A stretch of 64,000 nucleotides of DNA, taken from Pseudomonadota bacterium. GTDB lineage: Bacteria; Pseudomonadota; Gammaproteobacteria; JAKAQQ01. The notes beneath the pieces were generated by a model. That model was not told the origin of the DNA. It did no database searches and worked only from the letters and a program-made list of their open reading frames with translations. How positions within the stretch are numbered: the first letter of the stretch is position 1; every line of letters starts with the position of its first letter. A program made the translations under genes and the position numbers. Below are positions 58,961 to 64,000 of the stretch, piece by piece. The stretch lies in NCBI GenBank assembly GCA_027320085.1, contig DAHVLZ010000038.1, positions 1-64,000 on the forward strand, written 5' to 3'.

Positions 58961-61348
58961 TTGCGTAAGACGACCCTGTGGGGCATTTTTTTTATCCTGA
59001 TTCTCTCGGGATCACTGCATCCCGTCTCGGCGAAATCAGAAGCCAGTTTTACGGTTCGCCACATCGTTATTGAAGGACTGCAACGGATTTCCCGAGGCAC
59101 GGTCCTGGACTACCTGCCGATTTCCAAAGGCCAGCACATTGACCGAACGGTCATCCGCTCTGCTATTCGCTCACTTTTCCGAACCGGGTTTTTTAGTTCG
59201 GTTTCGATGTTACGGGCAGGTAGCCATACACTCATCCTCAAAGTTCATGAACGACCCTCCATCGCGCGCTTTACTTTCACTGGAAACCACGCCATATCCA
59301 AAAAGACGCTGAACCATGCCCTGGTCCGGGCAGGTCTCGTCGAAGGGAGGATTTTTGACCGTTCAGTCCTCGAGGAAATACGCCAGTCTCTCTTCGCCCA
59401 ATACTACAGTCATGGTCGTTACGGCGTTGAGATTCATACCAAAATCCGGCATTTGCCGAGAAACCGGGTGAGCGTCCATATCCGGGTCCGTGAAGGCGAG
59501 ACGGCCTACTTGCGAGCCATCAACTTTGTCGGGAACCGGAAGTTTTCCTCTTCTACACTACGCGGCCTGTTTAAACTCCAGACCCCGGGATTATTGACAT
59601 GGCTGACCGGTGGAGACAAATATGAAAGGAAGAAATTAGTCAGCTCACTGGCCCGGCTTCGCTCCTTTTACGAAGACCAGGGTTACGCTAATTTCCATTT
59701 AAACTCGGTACAGGTTGCCCTTTCGCCAACGCTCCGGGGTGTCTTCATCACGGTAAACCTCCATGAGGGAGCGGTTTACCGGGTGACTCGTATCGAGTTG
59801 GCAGGTCGGCTGATTTTGCCCAGAAAAACCTTGTTGAAGAACATTCGGGTCCGGGTGGGCCATACCTTTTCCAGGCAGTCTGCAATCTTGTCGACGCAGA
59901 AAATCAAGGTGCTCCTGGGCAATCAGGGGTATGCGTTTGCCCAGGTCAAGCCCATCCCGCGGCTAAACCACTTGAGGCACACTGCAAGTGTCATTTTCTT
60001 CATTCGTCCGGGACATCGGGTCTATGTTCATCGGATTTATTTTCACGGAATTACTGGAACCAATGAAAAGGTTTTCCTTGAAAACATGCGCCAGTACGAA
60101 GGAACCTGGCTGTCGACTCGTGCCATCAAGCTTTCCAAGCTGCTGATTCAGAGAATTCCGTTTGTTAAAAGTGTCTCGATCAAACCCCAACGTATCGCCG
60201 GAAGCAATGATGAAGTTGATGTAAACGTGAATGTCCATGAGCGACGCTCGGGGACAGCCAATGTGACCTTGGGCTACGGGCAAGGGGAGGGAATCGTCAT
60301 CGGTGGGCAGATTTCGCTGGCCAACTTCCTTGGGACCGGCCGTTTGCTGACGGTCAGCGCACAGCGTTACCCCTACCAGACCACCTACAACGTGACCTAT
60401 ACGAATCCCTATTTCACGGTCAATAATGTAAGCGAGACCCTGAGCACTTTTTACACACAAAGCCAGGGATTTAACCTCTATGCGAACACATTTTCGACCA
60501 CGGACTATGGGTTTACACTGACCTACACGTTCCCGCTGACAACTTTTGCCAGTTACTACGTGGGGGTCAGTCCTAGCCATACCAATCTCCTGACCAACTG
60601 TTCAAGCCCTTCCATTTATTTTAATTTTGCCCTCAATCCGGCGAACGGCAGTCGCTATACAGTGCCCAGTGAGTGCACGAATCCGGACGGGAACAACGTC
60701 TTTGTTGATTTGCCCGGGATGCGCTACAACAATCTGGCTCTGGATGCCGGGTTGATGTTCGACAACCGCAACCGCTATATCCTGGCAACCCGGGGCACGC
60801 GCCAGAAGTTGGGGCTTGAAGTCGGAGTACCTCCAGGCGCCCAAGACTTTTGGATCCTCAATTTCCACAGTCAGGATCATATTCCATTATTTGCTGGTTT
60901 CAGTTATGCCTTGAATGCGCAGGTCGAACTCGGGAAAGCCTATGGAGGGACGAGTCAGTTTCCGCCCCTGATGAACTTCTTTGGTGGAGGCCCATACTCC
61001 GTCCGGGGCTACGAATCCTATACCATGGGTCCAAAGACACCCACCGGGGTTCCGATTGGAGGGACTTTTTTCACCTACGCCCAAAATGACCTGGTGCTAC
61101 CGCAGTTCTTTGGCCACCACCTGCCGGGCGAAGCGCCAAACTATCAGCTCAGCCTATTCTTTGATGTCGGGAATGTCTTTGCGACCCCGAGCAGTTTTAG
61201 CCTGGGGGGATTGAGGACCTCGGCTGGAGTCAGTGTGACCTGGCTGACTCCTCTCGGAGCAATCCGGTTCAGCTGGGCAAAGCCACTCAACCCGGGACCA
61301 CATGACCTTCTCAGCTATCTCCAGTTCGCCCTAGGCTCCTATTTTTGA
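58961..61348 (+). CDS. bamA: Outer membrane protein assembly factor BamA
   Basis: POTRA domains, SVRGY, C-terminal beta-barrel ending in F. Confidence 0.96.
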   Translation: MRKTTLWGIFFILILSGSLHPVSAKSEASFTVRHIVIEGLQRISRGTVLDYLPISKGQHIDRTVIRSAIRSLFRTGFFSSVSMLRAGSHTLILKVHERPSIARFTFTGNHAISKKTLNHALVRAGLVEGRIFDRSVLEEIRQSLFAQYYSHGRYGVEIHTKIRHLPRNRVSVHIRVREGETAYLRAINFVGNRKFSSSTLRGLFKLQTPGLLTWLTGGDKYERKKLVSSLARLRSFYEDQGYANFHLNSVQVALSPTLRGVFITVNLHEGAVYRVTRIELAGRLILPRKTLLKNIRVRVGHTFSRQSAILSTQKIKVLLGNQGYAFAQVKPIPRLNHLRHTASVIFFIRPGHRVYVHRIYFHGITGTNEKVFLENMRQYEGTWLSTRAIKLSKLLIQRIPFVKSVSIKPQRIAGSNDEVDVNVNVHERRSGTANVTLGYGQGEGIVIGGQISLANFLGTGRLLTVSAQRYPYQTTYNVTYTNPYFTVNNVSETLSTFYTQSQGFNLYANTFSTTDYGFTLTYTFPLTTFASYYVGVSPSHTNLLTNCSSPSIYFNFALNPANGSRYTVPSECTNPDGNNVFVDLPGMRYNNLALDAGLMFDNRNRYILATRGTRQKLGLEVGVPPGAQDFWILNFHSQDHIPLFAGFSYALNAQVELGKAYGGTSQFPPLMNFFGGGPYSVRGYESYTMGPKTPTGVPIGGTFFTYAQNDLVLPQFFGHHLPGEAPNYQLSLFFDVGNVFATPSSFSLGGLRTSAGVSVTWLTPLGAIRFSWAKPLNPGPHDLLSYLQFALGSYF

Positions 61349-61434
61349 GCGGACCATCAAATGTTTGAAACCATGCCATACATTTTCACGACCGAGGGTA
61401 TATGATTCAGAAGTCAACTTTCTTGAGATGTTTC

Positions 61435-61989
61435 ATGAGGCTCCGGTGGTTCCGGGTTTTGGGCACGCTTTGGATTTTGGGGGGCGGATTGATCCTCGCT
61501 ACCCCATCGTCAGCCGCTGCCCCGGCGACACCGCTACGGATCGGTTACGTCAACCTGAGCCTTCTGCTGCATGAAATGCCACAGACTGCGGCGGCGCAAA
61601 AGTCGCTCAACCAGGAACTTGGCGGACGGAAAAAGGTGCTGCTCAAGCAGTTGGCTGGAATCAGGAAACAGAAGCTTGCGATGAAGTCTGGAAGCACAAG
61701 CGTTTCACTACTCCAGAGGATGGAAAATGAACAACGACTGAATATGCTGCGGGAACGCTACCGGACCAGTCAGCAGCAGTATGCTGAAGATTTCAATCTG
61801 GCCCGCAACCAGGCGCTGGACAATCTGCAGCGACTTGCGGTCCGCGCCATCCGGACGTACGGAAAGCAGCACCATTTCACAGTAATACTGGGACAGGAGG
61901 TTTTTTTCGCCTCACCGGGAATCGATCTGACACCTAAAATTTTGGCGCAGCTGCGCCGGATGTTCTCGCAAAGCCGCAAGCATGGCTAG
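61435..61989 (+). CDS. skp: Periplasmic chaperone Skp/OmpH
   Basis: Signal peptide, RIGYVN, DLT..IL; position between bamA and lpxD. Confidence 0.85.
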   Translation: MRLRWFRVLGTLWILGGGLILATPSSAAAPATPLRIGYVNLSLLLHEMPQTAAAQKSLNQELGGRKKVLLKQLAGIRKQKLAMKSGSTSVSLLQRMENEQRLNMLRERYRTSQQQYAEDFNLARNQALDNLQRLAVRAIRTYGKQHHFTVILGQEVFFASPGIDLTPKILAQLRRMFSQSRKHG

Positions 61990-63052
61990 AGTCCCGAATG
62001 ATCCCAAGAACCAGGCTCAGGTCACGAGACCGTGCTGCTTGGGTGATCTGGCCCGCGAACTCAAGCTGGAATTGTTCGGCGATCCGGCAGCTCAGATTGA
62101 TCATCTCGCGCCACTGGACAAGGCAGGCAAGGGGGCATTGACCTTCTTGACTTCTGCCCAGTATCGGCGTTTCCTTTCATCCACCGAGGCCAGTGGCGTC
62201 ATTCTTCATCGCGACATGCTTTCATTGTGCAGAACCAATGCCCTGGTCAGTCGGAACCCGGCATTGTCTTTCAAGCTGGCCATTGATTTTCTAGTGCAAG
62301 ACGCTTTCACCTGGGAGCCTGCCATTCATTCTGGTGCCGTGATTGATGGAAGTGCCTTGATTGAGCCGGGTTGCCAGATTGGTCCGGGTTCTGTCATTGG
62401 CGCAGATGTGGTGATCGCTTCTGGGTGTGTAATCGGACCGGGGTGTGTGATCGAAAAAAATGTCCACATTGGCGCAGGCAGCCGCCTGGTTGCACAAGTC
62501 TTTGTGGGTCATGATGTGAGAATCGGAAAGCGATGTTTTATCCAGTCAGGCGCACGTCTTGGCGGAGAAGGTTTTGGTTTTGCCCAAGATGGGCCGGTTT
62601 GGCATCGGGTCCGCCAGTTGGGCAGTGTCCAGGTTGGTGACGATGTTGAAATCGGGTCTAACACCTGCATTGACCGGGGGGCGCTCGAGGATACGGTGAT
62701 TGAGGATGGGGTTAAACTCGATAATCTGATCCAGGTCGGACACAATGTCCGGATTGGTGCTCATACGATCGTCGCGGGGAGTACGGGAATTGCTGGTAGT
62801 ACTAAAATTGGATCCGGTTGCCAGATTGGAGGCATGGTCGGAATTGTCGGGCACCTCGAAATTACCGATCATGTGTTTATTACGGGACGTTCCATGATTG
62901 CACATTCGATTCATGAACCGGGTGTGTATTCCGGGGGTTTGCCCAGCGATTCGGCGAATCGCTGGCGGCGGAACAGTGCCCGTTTCCGCCATCTTGACGA
63001 ACTGGCTGCCCGAATTTACGCACTCGAAAAAACCGTCCGGAACAATTCATGA
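61982..63052 (+). CDS. lpxD: UDP-3-O-acylglucosamine N-acyltransferase
   Basis: Hexapeptide repeats, [23 protein letters not shown]. Confidence 0.96.
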   Translation: MARVPNDPKNQAQVTRPCCLGDLARELKLELFGDPAAQIDHLAPLDKAGKGALTFLTSAQYRRFLSSTEASGVILHRDMLSLCRTNALVSRNPALSFKLAIDFLVQDAFTWEPAIHSGAVIDGSALIEPGCQIGPGSVIGADVVIASGCVIGPGCVIEKNVHIGAGSRLVAQVFVGHDVRIGKRCFIQSGARLGGEGFGFAQDGPVWHRVRQLGSVQVGDDVEIGSNTCIDRGALEDTVIEDGVKLDNLIQVGHNVRIGAHTIVAGSTGIAGSTKIGSGCQIGGMVGIVGHLEITDHVFITGRSMIAHSIHEPGVYSGGLPSDSANRWRRNSARFRHLDELAARIYALEKTVRNNS

Positions 63053-63507
63053 TGAACACTTTTTCCCCTGACATCAATCAAATCCTTGAGCAAATTCCTC
63101 ATCGCTACCCTTTTTTGCTGGTGGATCGCATTCTGGAATGCGTGGATGGCGAGAAGGTGGTCGGAATCAAGAATGTGACCTATAACGAGTGGTTTTTCCC
63201 AGGCCATTTTCCAAACCAGCCCATCATGCCGGGAGTTCTGATTCTGGAGGCCATGGCCCAGTGTACGGGGGTCCTAATTTATGCAACCCTGGGCCGCCGT
63301 CCCTTGGTTGAGTGCTATCTGGTGGGAGTTGACAACGCACGTTTTAAAAGCATGGTCACGCCAGGCGACCAGCTGAAAATGACCCTTCGGATTGTCCGCC
63401 GTGTCAAGGATATATGGAAGCTCACGGGCCGTGCGGAGGTTGATGGACGGCTCGTGGCAGAGTCCGACTTCCTGTGCCATTGCAGCCAGAAGGATCCTGA
63501 GTTGTGA
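63049..63507 (+). CDS. fabZ: 3-hydroxyacyl-ACP dehydratase
   Basis: [28 protein letters not shown]. Confidence 0.97.
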   Translation: MMNTFSPDINQILEQIPHRYPFLLVDRILECVDGEKVVGIKNVTYNEWFFPGHFPNQPIMPGVLILEAMAQCTGVLIYATLGRRPLVECYLVGVDNARFKSMVTPGDQLKMTLRIVRRVKDIWKLTGRAEVDGRLVAESDFLCHCSQKDPEL

Positions 63508-64000
63508 TTGACCCAAGAGCCGTTATTGACCCCGGCGCCTGCCTAGATCCTTCCGTCGAGGTTGGGCCATTTGCCGTGATCGGCCCGGAAGTTGAGATTG
63601 GCCCTCGTTGCTCGATCGGTGCTCATGTTTCCATTAAAGGACCAACCCGGATCGGGGCCGAAAACCGAATTTATCCCTTTGCCTCGCTCGGCGATGATCC
63701 TCAAGACAAGAAGTTTCGTGGGGAAAAAACCTGGCTCTATATCGGCGATCGAAATACGATCCGGGAGTATACGACCATCAATAGAGGCACGGGACTGGGA
63801 GGAGGGGAAACCCGGATTGGGAACGATAATTGGATCATGGCATACGTCCATATTGCCCATGACTGTATTGTGGGTAATCACGTGATCATGGCTAATACCG
63901 CAGGGCTTGCGGGGCATGTTCAGGTCGATGACCATGTCGGAATCGGAGCATTCAGCAAGATCTACCAATTCTGCCGGGTGGGTTGCCATGCCTTTTTAGG
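63504..64000 (+). CDS. lpxA: UDP-N-acetylglucosamine acyltransferase (partial, runs off the window)
   Basis: GTG start overlapping the fabZ stop; [34 protein letters not shown]. Confidence 0.95.
   Translation, partial: MIDPRAVIDPGACLDPSVEVGPFAVIGPEVEIGPRCSIGAHVSIKGPTRIGAENRIYPFASLGDDPQDKKFRGEKTWLYIGDRNTIREYTTINRGTGLGGGETRIGNDNWIMAYVHIAHDCIVGNHVIMANTAGLAGHVQVDDHVGIGAFSKIYQFCRVGCHAFL

Noticed and set aside
1-64000. CRISPR array, tRNA, rRNA, prophage or defence genes
   Set aside because: No regularly spaced repeats, RNA-gene signatures or matching proteins were recognised; short features could be missed without tools.

Overview
GC-rich chromosomal segment of a Gram-negative (gamma-proteobacterial-type) bacterium, probably an acidophile judging by its very basic periplasmic proteins. 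In order it contains: a glycogen/oxidative pentose phosphate cluster (glk, glgA, glgC, eno, pgl, zwf, gnd, tal-pgi fusion, GH15 glucoamylase); a partial type II secretion locus (gspCDEF plus DUF202); clpS-clpA-ppsR-DUF1249; a decayed IS200/IS605 element that keeps both ends and the TnpB omega-RNA region; a coiled-coil hypothetical, prc and lipA; a TPR gene divergent from exbB-exbD-tonB across an ~830 bp structure-rich intergenic region; a 188-nt internally deleted group IIC intron inside the tonB terminator; aldo/keto reductase, clpB, dusA, GTP-PEPCK, yoaA-tsaB; phoB-phoR-olsB-olsA-phoU-dsbB; dapE-dapD-dapC-map; and the rpsB-tsf-pyrH-frr-uppS-cdsA-rseP-bamA-skp-lpxD-fabZ-lpxA cluster, which lacks dxr. 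The best novelty candidates are the mini group IIC intron, a structured RNA with a terminator/antiterminator pair upstream of the receptor-less TonB/TPR locus, the omega-RNA-retaining IS605 relic, and ornithine-lipid genes embedded in the pho operon. All calls are by-eye motif recognition. No searches or folding programs were run.
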